From positions 434,001 to 498,000 of the forward strand of contig NC_092674.1 of NCBI RefSeq assembly GCF_964355755.1: DNA of 64,000 bases. The letters are read 5' to 3'. The notes under the pieces were generated by a model, which did not search any database, was not told where the DNA came from, and saw only the letters and a program-made list of their open reading frames with translations. This DNA is from Antedon mediterranea. Its lineage: Eukaryota > Animalia > Echinodermata. The position numbers and the translations under genes are program-made. Positions 13,001-33,552 of the stretch are shown here, piece by piece (the stretch's first letter is position 1; each line of letters opens with the position of its first letter).

Positions 13001-13324
13001 CTGGGCTATACTTGGTCATCCATATAGGGTAATTTTGTACCTAGGCCCCTGGGCTATACTTGGTCATATAGGGTAATTTTGTACCTAGGCCCCTGGGCTA
13101 TACTTGGTCATATAGGGTAATGTTTTCATTATAGTACTCCTTTGTTTCAGATTTTTACTCTTGTTTTCTTCGCTTCTGTTTTCACATTAATTACCAATCC
13201 AATATTTGATAACTTTTTTTTTCTGTTTTGTTTTAGAAGAGTTCTTTTGATTCATTTTAATCTTCTTAAAATAAACACTCTTTTAATTTGTTTGTTACAG
13301 GAGGATATGCAGATGGGGTTCTAA
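1018..13324 (+). CDS. STAG1/2: Cohesin subunit SA (stromalin, STAG1/2/3 family), 3' part of a multi-exon gene; 5' exons lie upstream of the window
   Basis: About 19 AG/GT-bounded exons, e.g. ~1018-1196, 1616-1837, 2608-2802, 7855-8104, 8614-8756, 9295-9443, 13301-13324. Peptides match SA proteins: [86 protein letters not shown]. Paralog cannot be assigned. Confidence 0.95.
1967..2205 (+). mobile_element. Degenerate SINE fragment with Deu/Nin-like core
   Basis: gtgcactttaaagaacc...catcttt...ttatccc is shared with the 40625-40860 copy; ends in a (tta)n-like tail. Confidence 0.55.
2431..2540. mobile_element. Harbinger-like MITE, partial copy
   Basis: Left TIR agctctgtctacactatcaaact plus the internal sequence of the 46161-46305 family. 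Confidence 0.8.
3146..3567. mobile_element. Module A: inverted-repeat element with ~115-bp TIRs enclosing a tRNA-like gene, flanked by (TA)n
   Basis: 3146-3261 is the near-perfect reverse complement of 3452-3567. Confidence 0.9.
3380..3451 (+). tRNA. tRNA-like sequence: Pro-type body with TGT anticodon, probably a pseudo-tRNA
   Basis: Cloverleaf with A box TGGTCTAGTGG, anticodon arm CTCGC-CCTGTAA-GCGAG, B box GGTTCGAATCC and a T6 terminator. One mismatch each in the acceptor and T stems; C at position 33. Confidence 0.7.
3617..3688 (+). tRNA. tRNA-like sequence with ATC anticodon (module B, copy 1)
   Basis: GCCCCAG/TTGGGGC acceptor stem, loop ATATCAA, T arm CCGAG-TTCAAGT-CTCGG, then T5. Confidence 0.7.
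3815..3992 (-). mobile_element. Module C: hammerhead-bearing non-autonomous Penelope-like (retrozyme-like) unit between (TA)n runs
   Basis: Sequence recurs at 27465-27570 and 48053-48196; contains a hammerhead core on the minus strand. Confidence 0.7.
3941..3978 (-). ncRNA. Minimal type I hammerhead ribozyme motif
   Basis: Minus strand reads GCA-CTGATGA-A-GGGC-tagtgtt-GCCC-GAAA-GC-TC-TGC: conserved core, stem II GGGC/GCCC, stem I GCA/TGC, palindromic AGCT in place of helix III. Confidence 0.8.
4001..4352 (+). mobile_element. Module B, full unit with internal tRNA-like gene, bounded by (TA)n
   Basis: 3' half duplicated at 3586-3800; both halves recur in reverse at 27570-27797. Confidence 0.85.
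4171..4242 (+). tRNA. tRNA-like sequence with ATC anticodon (module B, copy 2)
   Basis: 7-bp acceptor stem, TCTGC-ATATCAA-GCAGG anticodon arm, 4-nt variable loop, perfect T arm, G73, T5 terminator. Confidence 0.7.
4865..5110. repeat. Minisatellite, 40-bp unit, ~6 copies
   Basis: Unit aacatataagtcatattgtatagtgccatacaatagaact, with internal hairpin tattgtat/atacaata. Confidence 0.95.
5843..7092. repeat. Minisatellite, 50-bp unit, ~25 copies
   Basis: Unit aaaatcatccagggttgtggcattactgtagtatcactaattagaccttt; nearly identical copies. Confidence 0.98.
8125..8250. mobile_element. Harbinger-like MITE copy
   Basis: Right TIR agtttgatagtgtagacagagct and the family's internal sequence. Confidence 0.8.
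8661..8880 (+). repeat. Tandem duplication (~119 bp) of a STAG exon 3' half and its donor site
   Basis: aaacgtagaaaccttctggc...atgaag occurs twice; the second copy is followed by atgtg instead of gtgtg. Confidence 0.95.
10792..10958 (+). repeat. Tandem duplication (~84 bp) spanning a STAG exon donor site
   Basis: gctagac(t/a)tagctatagtactaggaccagtagcagctttgg|gtacttag...ttttctcttt occurs twice. Confidence 0.95.
12458..12738. repeat. Minisatellite, 47-bp unit, ~6 copies, starting at a donor site
   Basis: Unit agctaggaggatagctataattatgttattactaacaatgttttatt begins directly after cag|gt. Confidence 0.95.
12984..13121. repeat. Minisatellite, ~44-bp unit, 3 copies
   Basis: Unit aattttgtacctaggcccctgggctatacttggtcatatagggt. 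Confidence 0.93.
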
Positions 13325-14420
13325 ACACTGCATTTCAAGAGCTTCTTAATGTATGTCAGAGAGTGGTGTCAACCTCAACTCATACATTCACACACAGTGC
13401 AAGTCTTCAGTAAAGTTCTGTTTTTTTATTGAAAACATGTTTATAATACTTTTAGCTTGCTATGAATATATTTGAATTGATCTAACTTTCGTGATAAATC
13501 TTTGGCTGTGTAAAAACACGACTACTCTACAGTATCTCTTGATGTTTAGTAGAAGGTGCCATCGTTTTAAACAAAATGACAGCAATTCACTTCATCTGTG
13601 TCTGAACACACTCTTAAACTGAAAATGGTTTTCTTGTTGATGTTTCTATGTAAGTTAAGTAAGGCATGCTTGATAATGTTGGTCATTTTTTATACTATTT
13701 TCAAGTAATGAATGTACATTATGTGTTTTGTATAGAACTGTTAAACAGCTGTTTTAGCATTTGTTGTAACCCAGTTGTGGGACCTTTTTGATACAGTACC
13801 TGTTTATAATCACAGCCTATATTTGGCATTCACAAAGACCAGTGTATAGTTAATGTATAATTAGATAGTTGATTGTTTCCAGCTCTTGTAGTAATTATTA
13901 TAGAAAAAAAATTGTAAAGTAAGTAAGCTGTTTAAATTATGGAAATGCACGGCTGCCTACAGAAGAAAAAAATTAAATTTTTTATAAGCTGCTTTAAGTT
14001 GTTTACAATTTTGCAAGTTCGTATTTTAAAAATTCTTGATAGATTTCACCTTTTTCTTAAGGTATTTTTAACAGTATTATTCCTCTGCTCTAAAGAAATG
14101 TCTGATAGAGTTAAGAATAGTAATCCACCTGTTATTTTAATTTGCTCCTATTTGTAACTGTACATGTTTTATGTAATGATTTCCAATGTTGTATAATAGA
14201 AATAAACTTTATAAAAGTAATTTATTTTGCATCTCAATTTACCAATCGTTTAATACTATAATAATGCTAATGTACTTTTGCACCTACAGAGATTCTCTTA
14301 TTCAGGTTTCAACCACTGATCAGCATTGCTGTGACTGTGGCCTACAGTATTCAGTATATTTTTTGGCTTATGAAGAAATGTAGAAAGATACCAGAATGTC
14401 AAAATGTTTGTACATAAATC

Positions 14421-16866
14421 TCATAAGTAAACCTTGTCAGACCCGTGTGAAAATTTGTCGTTTAACTTTGCCGATTCCTTGATGAGACGCTTTTTCTTTG
14501 CATCATCAAAACGATTAACTTGTAGATCGACTTCACGATTAAATGGTCTACGTTCATTAGCTTTCCCTTCTTCTTCCTTAAATAATAAGAAATTTAGTTA
14601 ATTCATATTGTGCTCAATTGAGGGAGTTGAGCTAAATTTACTGAACATTAGTATGTAATGCAATGGTATGAGAGCATATGTAATGTAAACCAACCTGTTT
14701 GCGTTTAAGGTCTTTTTGGTGCATATCAACAAGAGATACACCTCTCTTTTGTGAATTGTATGATGAGATTCTGTCCTCAATTTCTAGATCCCTGTTTGAT
14801 TTCTCTTTTAATTTCTCTTTTGCATCTTGTTTTGTTGTAGAATCAGGATGTGCCCTAGAAGCAGCCTTGTTTTGTACTTCCTGTAGGTCAAAGTTCATAA
14901 TTTATTAAAACAACCCACTCAAAGAATAAAAGAAAAAAATATCTGGTCCGGAACGGAACCTATTAGTTTTTACTTACTATCTTTCTGCGCTCACGGTCTG
15001 CTGGAGTCTCAGTCCAGCCGGATCTATCTTGTTTAGAGGGCGCTGCCTTTTTTCTGAATGTACGTGGTCCAAGACCAAAGTTCTTTCCATAGTCTGGAAG
15101 TTCCATCATCCATGTTTCTCTTTCAACTTTTTCTTGAATCTAAAATATAAGAAATACTTAATGGTGAGACAGACCTTGAGAAAGGAAACGGTATTTTTTA
15201 CTACTGTATTTATTAGGACTAAGGGTCATATAACAATTTAGGTTCATCATGTCTTGTATTGTATTTTATTAGGTTCTACAATATGCAGTGGTTTAGTGTC
15301 AAATTGTAACTGTATTACATTCCACATTGTCTGTGTTATGCGCGATTTGAACGATTTGCGCAATTTGAAATTGCGCAAAAAAATCCTTGCGCAATTTGAA
15401 ATTGCGCAAAGAATTCTTGCGCAATTTAAAATTGCGCAAGGATTTTTTTGCGCAATCAACTTGCGCAATTTCAAATTGCGCAAGAAAATCTTTGCGCAAT
15501 TTTAAATTGCGCTGCACAATTTGTAAATTGCGCAAGATAGTTCTTGCGCAATATGACACCTTTGCGCAATTTGAAAACGAACTGTAAATTTTCCCATACA
15601 TGGCTAGGCTAGGCCTAGGCAGAGGAGTTTAAAATGTAGTATTTTATTATATAAATAAGACCATTTCAATGAAGATAATGTTTAATACTCACTTTTTAAG
15701 TTTTTAATATTAGTTTAAGCTAGGCCATGTAACCTAGTCAGTATCAGTAGTCCAGACCCTAGCTAGGCTAGAGTAGTAGGCTATAGCCGGCCGCCCGCGC
15801 CGCGCCCGCCTGGTGGAACACCACCGCTTCATTTTCCTTCGTCGGTTCTTCGACGGTATGCTAACTTATAACAATATTTGCACTACTAAAATAAGGAAAT
15901 GCGATATTTATCTTTAATTTTGAATCATTCTTAGAAATTACTATAAAAATATGGGTGTGCATGATTTCACAATCTGTCGAAAAACCTTGCGCAATTTGCA
16001 GATTACTTGCGCAATTTAATACGTTGCTTGCGCAATTTGAAACACATGTTTCAATTCAAATTGCGCAAGGATTTTTTTTGCGCAATTTCAAATTGCGCAA
16101 ATCGTTCAAATCGCGCATAACATCTGCATGTCAATAAGTCATGCACACTTACATTTCCAGTCAATTTATTTTTCATGGCTTCTGCTCGTGCTTCGATATC
16201 ACTGGCAACAGAGCTCCTGCTGACCTCCAGACCTGTAGCTGGCATTGGGCCAATAATGTCTTCATCATCCTCACCACTATCTTCACTGTCTGCATTAGTA
16301 GTTGCTATAAATCCAGGTGGAAGAGCAGGACCATATGACATATCACTAGATGGCACAGTATTAACAGGTTCTGATGTTTTTATAATTGATGTAGAAGACG
16401 TGATTTCATCCTGCCGTGTACCTTCAATTTCATTGGGAGTTGATTTTCTTATGACATCTGGCAAGACTGGTCCAATAGTGTCTTCATCATTAGTGTTGTC
16501 ATCCTCAAATCTTTCGGGTGAATCTACCAAGGATGAAAACAAATTCTTAATTGGTGTGACATTAACAGATGAGGAATGGGCAAAAACAAGCACAGGTATA
16601 TAGTGTATTTGTAGTAGGACTAGGGCTAGGCCTAACTAGCTAAAACAGCTGCTATATTCAGACTGAATAAATAATAATAACCCGTACTTCTTTGCTAGGC
16701 TTCCCAGCTACTAGGGGAGCTACTAATAACAGTACATAGCATAAGCCTACTTACTAACTAGCTAGGCGCGGCGCCGGCTTGCTTCATAGTAATATTATTA
16801 TTTACCATTACAGACACCACCACCGAAACCAGGTGGTAGTGAAGGCCCGATTATTTGTTCCGACAT
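14421..16866 (-). CDS. GPALPP1: GPALPP motifs-containing protein 1, 5 coding exons
   Basis: Phase-consistent exons 16866-16806, 16523-16153, 15139-14978, 14880-14695, 14576-14421. Motifs IGPSLPPGF, YGPALPPGF, IIGPMP, RETWMMELP, WTETPADRER, RRPFNREVDL. Confidence 0.93.
15332..16126. mobile_element. MITE/foldback element with long TTGCGCAA-rich inverted repeats, in GPALPP1 intron 2
   Basis: tgttatgcgcgatttgaacgatttgcgcaatttgaaattgcgc at the left end is mirrored by gcgcaatttcaaattgcgcaaatcgttcaaatcgcgcataaca at the right end. Confidence 0.88.
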
Positions 16867-17402
16867 TATTCTTAAACACTATTTCTAATTACAAAGTAAT
16901 TATTTTAGTAGATTCTATATAATATAAATAGATGACCGACTTCGACTTTCTTTTGTTTACGTTTTTTTCGTACTTCTGCCCTCTAGAGTTCTCAATCTGC
17001 ACAGCCATTCCATTTTACAACTATTGTTAATAGAGAATTATTTTGATTAATTTTTTTATTTATGACAATAAACGATGTTTATCTGGCCTGATTTGTATTT
17101 CCACTAAAATTTAACACTGTACCAATGACTGAGATTATAATAATAATTATTATATTACCGTCCGCTCCCAATACCGTGCTTCTTACTGTATTTTAATAAT
17201 ATCCCTTGTAACAAATGGTTTCGTCTATATTTAATACCGATCCTCATGGCCCGTTCGTCGTTTGGTCGATGCCACTCTGGATGCCGGTTTGCAGCACACA
17301 ATCTCTATATTCACGAAACGAAGCATATCACACAGCAGATCCTTTACCACCTGGATTACTGAGCCGTCCTGTCCCAAATCTCCAGTATTTAAACCGATCA
17401 AC
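16867..17402. promoter_or_regulatory. Probable bidirectional promoter and 5' leaders of GPALPP1 and the TMEM53-like gene
   Basis: Divergent start codons ~540 bp apart in CpG-retaining DNA. Confidence 0.55.
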
Positions 17403-19081
17403 ATGTTCAAAAGTATTCAGTTTGCAAAAAACGCCATATTCACATTTCCTAAACAGACGGTGTTGATACCAGTCGGTCAGAAACGGGTATGTTTTCAGAC
17501 TGTGTTTATGTAGGCCGCACATCGCGAAGGGTGTGCTGTGTATTGAGACTAGATAGACAGTAAGATCAGTGAGTGGATTAACTTTTAGTCTCCATCCAGG
17601 GAGTTGTTTACAACTCGCCCTGGTCCATCCATCCAGGCAATGTTTATATATAGTGACTCATTTGAGTCAGCAGTAAAATAGGTGTTTTTATGGCAATTTT
17701 ATTTAAATCACATTTAAGTTAGTAAATAGTAAGTAATAGAAAATATCAATAAAAGATCTTGATTTTTGTTTATATTTTTGTAAATCAATTTAGGTCTAGC
17801 ACTGCAGCTGCCTCTATTGTCATTGTATTGTCTATATAATAATTAGTATACTAATTATTAGGCCTCTATGATAACATACTAATAGTATAATATAATACTA
17901 TTATAGTAAAAAGTAAATATATTTTTTAAATAAATAATAAAATTATAAAATACGGTTGCTTTAAATACGATACAATAAGAAGATTTTAATTTATGAAAAA
18001 GTTAGTACATGATTGATACTGTAGTTAATTTAATATTTCTGGTTGTACTCAATTTCTGATGCATTCAGACTGTAAGGATAAAGTTTCTTTGAGTTCCTGG
18101 TACAAAGTGTAGTTGCTGGTACTACAGTCTGTAACCATTATTATTACCATGATTGCATATTATGCCCTCCATTTTCAATAATTTATCAAATATGTACATT
18201 TATAAAAACTGATTTAATCAATTTTAATAAATTTTCCCCTTCAGCTTGCTGTTTGTTATGCATCCACAAAAGCTGATGATAAAATTACAAATACCAGGAT
18301 TGATGATAATCTAGTGCTGCACACGACGTCCTCGTCACAACCGGGGACACCGTTAGTTCTCCTGTACAGTTGGTTGGCTGCTAAACAGCGCCATCTTGAT
18401 CGATTCTCTAAATTGTATCTTAACAAAGGCTGTGATGTCGTATCTGTTCAAATAAAACCGCTGCAGTTGATACAACCTGCAAGTGGTTCCCAAAAAATTG
18501 CGGAAAAGTTGGTAGATTTTGTGCAAGGATCTGAACAAAACCAACGACCACTTCTGGTGCATACCTTTTCAGTTGGAGCATATCTACACAGTGAAACGCT
18601 ATCAAAGATGTCTGAACACGACACGAAGAACAAGACTGTGATAGTTGACAGGATCAAAGGTCAAGTATTTGACAGTGCAGTTGATTTGGATAAAGTACCG
18701 TATGGTACATCGAGGGCGCTTTTCAACAACCGTGTAGCTCAGAATACTGTTGAGGCTATGTTGAATGGTTTCTTCAGAATGACTCACAAACACACAATGT
18801 TGCATTATCAGAATGCACAAAAAGTGTTCTACTCTAACCCTGCTTCTACTCCTTTGCTTTTCTTTTATTCTAAAGTTGACCCAGTTGCTCCCGCCAGCAC
18901 CATCGATAGCTGCATCAACACTCTTAAACATGACCATGGCAAAGAAGTCTACAGTAAAGTCTTTGACAGCTCATCACATGTCAGTCACATGTATAAATAT
19001 CAAAGCGAATACATTGGAGCTCTAGAATCGTTCCTACACAGGTTAGGCTGCTTCAATGCAGATCAAACAACATCATCATAA
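17403..19081 (+). CDS. TMEM53-like (DUF829) alpha/beta-hydrolase-fold protein, 2 exons, ~306 aa
   Basis: Exon 17403-17486 (donor gtatgt) joins in phase 0 to 18245-19081. Motifs PLVLLYSWLAAKQRHL, LLVHTFSVG, GQVFDS, LFFYSKVDPV, SSHVSHM. Confidence 0.82.
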
Positions 19082-20206
19082 AAAACTGGAACTCTCATCA
19101 TGCTGCTTTGTGATCTTCCAGCTAAAACTATTTTTAATTTCTGCTGTCTTTCTACCTTATCTTTATAACTGTTAAACTATTTTGCATCAAATAATGTCAT
19201 AAAGTTATATAATTTATAATGTCTTAACTTTCTTTGTTGTCCAACTCTAAACATGAAACCAAAGAGGTTTAGAAAAATAACAGACTAACTAAAACCACAT
19301 TTATTTTATTAACAATGATTTGTATTCATGGCGTAAAGTGTATTTCTGTTTTTGTTTCTCACTTTCATGTATTTTTCTGAAAACTTAAAAAAAATTAATT
19401 TTACTTCAGTCTGAACTTCCATGTTTGAAAACATGTATTTGAGATTCATGTTTAACTTCCACTAATCAGGAACATTATGTGAGATTCATGTCTGTCTTTG
19501 TCTTGTTTAATAAGTACAAGCTATGTTCTAAAATATATATTTAAAAATATATATTTATAGTTCAAATAATTAATAAACAAATTATATTTCATTGTCATCA
19601 ATACTCTAGATTTCAAGAATATATTTTAAATTCAAATATTTATTTAACAAGAGCAAATTGGTGCCTTAGATATTTTATTTTTTTCTTTTTGTCCACCACT
19701 GCCATTGTGCTTTCTTGCATGGGCCATGTTTTAAATTTTGACTTTAATTAGAAATACTTTTAGAATCATGTAATAGTCTTTACTAAATCTGTATAAATGC
19801 TTATTGTTTGAGTTTTTAATTGTTATACCTTTTAAAATGTATTTTAAATGCTCTTCATTTTTATGATGGACCAGAATATATCACATTAGTGCATAACTAC
19901 ATAGCTTATTCTTTTAAATAGCATACTATAGTATTTAAATAGCATACTATAGTATTTAAATAGTATACTATAGCATACTATAGTATTTAAAGAAATTACA
20001 ACAACAAAACTGCCAAACATTATTTAGTTATTTTGAATGTTAATGATAAAACCAAATCAAAGTTGTTAGAATTTTTTAAATATAAAACTTCAAATAAATA
20101 TTTTAAAAATAATGTATAATGTTTTTTTGTGCTTTAATAATGTATTTAAGATTTCTAAATATATTTTTCAGTGAAAAAAATCTTCTATAGGCCTACTGGT
20201 CATTGG

Positions 20207-21410
20207 ATACTATTTATGATGCGTACCTCAATGTTCAGGTGCTAGTCTCTGAATTCAGTCTGCATCATAATACTATTTATGATGAGTACCTCAATGTTCA
20301 GGTGCTAGTCTCTGAATTCAGTCTGCATCATAATACTATTTATGATGAGTACCTCAATGTTCAGGTGCTAGTCTCTGAATTCAGTCTGCATCATAATACT
20401 ATTTATGATGGTGAGTACCTCAATGTTCAGGTGCTAGTCTCTGAATTCAGTCTGCATCATAATACTATTTAGATGAGTACCTCAATGTTCAGGTGCTAGT
20501 CTCTGAATTCAGTCTGCATCATAATACTATTTATGATGAGTATCTCAATGTTCAGGTGCTAGTCTCTGAATTCAGTCTGCATCATAATACTATTTATGAT
20601 GAGTACCTCAATGTTCAGGTGCTAGTCTCTGAATTCAGTCTGCATCATAATACTATTTATGATGAGTACCTCAATGTTCAGGTGCTAGTCTCTGAATTCA
20701 GTCTGCATCATAATACTATTTATGATGAGTACCTCAATGTTCAGGTGCTAGTCTCTGAATTCAGTCTGCATCATAATACTATTTATGGTGAGTACCTCAA
20801 TGTTCAGGTGCTAGTCTCTGAATTCAGTCTGCATCATAATACTATTTATGATGAGTACCTCAATGTTCAGGTGCTAGTCTCTGAATTCAGTCTGCATCAT
20901 AATACTATTTATGATGAGTACCTCAATGTTCAGGTGCTAGTCTCTGAATTCAGTCTGCATCATAATACTATTTATGATGAGTACCTCAATGTTCAGGTGC
21001 TAGTCTCTGAATTCAGTCTGCATCATAATACTATTTATGATGAGTACCTCAATGTTCAGGTGCTAGTCTCTGAATTCAGTCTGCATCATAATACTATTTA
21101 TGATGAGTACCTCAATGTTCAGGTGCTAGTCTCTGAATTCAGTCTGCATCATAATACTATTTATGATGAGTACCTCAATGTTCAGGTGCTAGTCTCTGAA
21201 TTCAGTCTGCATCATAATACTATTTATGATGAGTACCTCAATGTTCAGGTGCTAGTCTCTGAATTCAGTCTGCATCATAATACTATTTATGATGAGTACC
21301 TCAATGTTCAGGTGCTAGTCTCTGAATTCAGTCTGCATCATAATACTATTTATGATGAGTAGGCCTACCTCAATGTTCAGGTGCTAGTCTCTGAATTCAG
21401 TCTGCATCAT
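20207..21410. repeat. Minisatellite, 60-bp unit, ~20 copies
   Basis: Unit atactatttatgatgagtacctcaatgttcaggtgctagtctctgaattcagtctgcatcata. Confidence 0.98.
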
Positions 21411-21999
21411 ACAGAATAATTACCGTACTGTATATAATTTACACTTATGATACATAAACACTAGTACATAGAATTATTATTTAAATTACCACCAATTGGT
21501 CTTACCACCAGACACATGTTTTTGAAATAAAAATATTTTATTATTTCTACAAAGTACGAATCTATTCTTCCACCATTTTTTAATTCATTTTTTAATTGGT
21601 TATTTTGTAAACCAGACAATAAAATGATATAAAATAACATTTTTTTTTATATTGTTAATGTTAAATTACACATTTTGTACGATATTGTTGCTAATGTTAA
21701 ATTACACATTTTCATAGACTTTTCGAGTGTTACTCTGACAATGACTTGTAACATAATGACGCCCTCAACTTCTGCACAGACGATAACAAGTCTTGTTATC
21801 TATAACAAAACATTAATACAATTTTAATAACTCTACTCTCCTGATAGTGTTTTATGAATGATGTACTTATTAAGGTGTACAGATGATGATGACTTAATTC
21901 ATTACGTTACATTAAGGCATTTCGTTATACTGAATTAGATTGACAAGCTTCATATACTTTTGAAAATAATGAAAGGTAGAAACGCTTTAAAAAAAATTA

Positions 22000-22690
22000 A
22001 GGCCGCGCTTTCTTTTATTTAATTCAAACCTCGACGTTTTTAACATTTGGTTATAAATTTAATGCCACGCGCGTTTCATACTTCTTTTGAAATGTACTCA
22101 AACTTCGACATTTTTAACGTTTTGTTATCAATTTAATTCCACGCGCGCTTTATACTTCTTTTGAAACTACTTAAACCTCGACGTGTTCAACTTTTTGTTA
22201 TCAATTTAATGCCACGCGTGCTTACTGCTTTTGAAACGTACTCAAACCTCGACGTTTTTAACATTTTGTTATCAATTTAATGCCACGCGCGCTTCATACT
22301 TCTTTTGAAATTTACTCAAACTTCGACATTTTTAACGTTTTGTTATCAATTTAATGCCACGCGCGCTTTATACTTCTTTTGAAACTACTTAAACCTCGAC
22401 GAGTTCAAATTTTTGGTATGAATTTGATGCCACGCGCGCTTACTGCTTTTGAAACGTACTCAAACCTCGACGTTTTTAACATTTTGTTATCAATTTAATG
22501 CCACGCGCGCTTTATACTTCTTTTGAAACTACTTAAACCTCGACGTGTTCAACTTTTTGTTATCAATTTAATGCCACGCGCGCTTACTCCTTTTGAAACG
22601 TACTCAAACCTCGACGTTTTTAAGATTTTGTTATCAATTTAATGCCACGCTCGCTTTATACTTCCTTTGAAACTGATCAAAAGTCGAAGA
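22000..22690. repeat. Diverged CpG-rich satellite, ~58-61-bp subunits with higher-order alternation
   Basis: Recurrent aaacctcgacg...ttttgttatcaatttaatgccacgcgcgc...cttttgaaa, ~11 units. Confidence 0.93.
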
Positions 22691-23883
22691 TTTTTAATTA
22701 ACATAATATGTCAACACACAGATCGAGAAGTCAATGTTTTCCGATTTTGTGTAAAGGCACAGTAATAAGATTTTTCCATCACTTTGATTTATGTGTTTTT
22801 CGTCGTTATTGATTGAAGTATTATTACATTTTGGCTATAAGGCCTACAAAGAGTTTTTTCTTCGTATGTTACTTACGTTTCTTTTCTCGACACTTTGCCG
22901 ATTTTGTGTAAGGAGACCTGTAACATGATTTTTTTATCACTTCAATTTTTGTTTCTCATCGTTACCACGTTTTTTCACATGCTGTACCATCGGGCCTACT
23001 TCGCAAATGCCTTTTAATGATCAAATGTTCGTTTTCATCGCTTTGAATTTTCTTTAATCACGTTGAAATGTTTCATTATCGCGTTTCAATTCACATTTTT
23101 CGGAGGCTGGACGATTAATGAAAGTCCTTATAGAAACTAGGCCTACCGTTAAGTCGATTAGGTACAAATTATGTAAGTAATGTTTAGGTGTGTATAGTCC
23201 TACTGGTAAGTTCTATATAATTTATTGCAATTTGGCCTACTTAAATGGCAGGAAGAATATCGGACTATCTCTTGAGAGTGACAAAGTTTATGTATCGTAG
23301 AGGGGGTACGTACTGTTATTAGAATACAATTAAACAATACGCTTGACTTGACAACCATGCAACATACGACGCGGTGGAGTTAAGCAAGTACTTGAGGATT
23401 TAGTGAATGCTTCCGTTCCATATCGAAGATGACGCCTTGCCGCTTACAAAAGACAGTAGGGTTAGCTTTTCTGACACATAGTAATGACTTATATTGTTAA
23501 TTTTGATGTGCTCAGCGGTTTTAAGAACATTTAAATGGAACATATCGTTTTACCTGCTGACGATACCGGTAAGGTGACCCCGTGACGAAGTTTTATGGGC
23601 AGTTCGTCGTCGTCGTCTTTCCCCTGTGTTTACAACTTTTACTAACAATAACAAATCAATTTTGCTACTTTATGTTTGTGTAATCTCTCATGGAGGATTA
23701 TGTATGTTTGAGTATCCATCATCATTCGTTTGCCTACCAAGATAACTCAGCTAGCTCAGCTACCTGTACAAGGAGAAACAAACACTAGTCTATAATCATT
23801 GTTTATTATTAAAAGATTGGAAGAGTCATTTCGGGACGTGTCTGTGCATATTATTTATTAGAACTGGTCAAAGTGAAGTTGAA

Positions 23884-33552
<9,669 letters not shown>

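Noticed and set aside
15247-16137. Several ORFs with LRN/AQF repeats
   Set aside because: Translations of the TTGCGCAA-rich MITE.
16175-16603. 142-aa plus-strand ORF
   Set aside because: Antisense shadow of GPALPP1 exon 2.
20203-21362. 89-aa and 289-aa ORFs with a 20-residue repeat
   Set aside because: Artefact of a stop-free 60-bp minisatellite; no true ATG start and no synonymous divergence.
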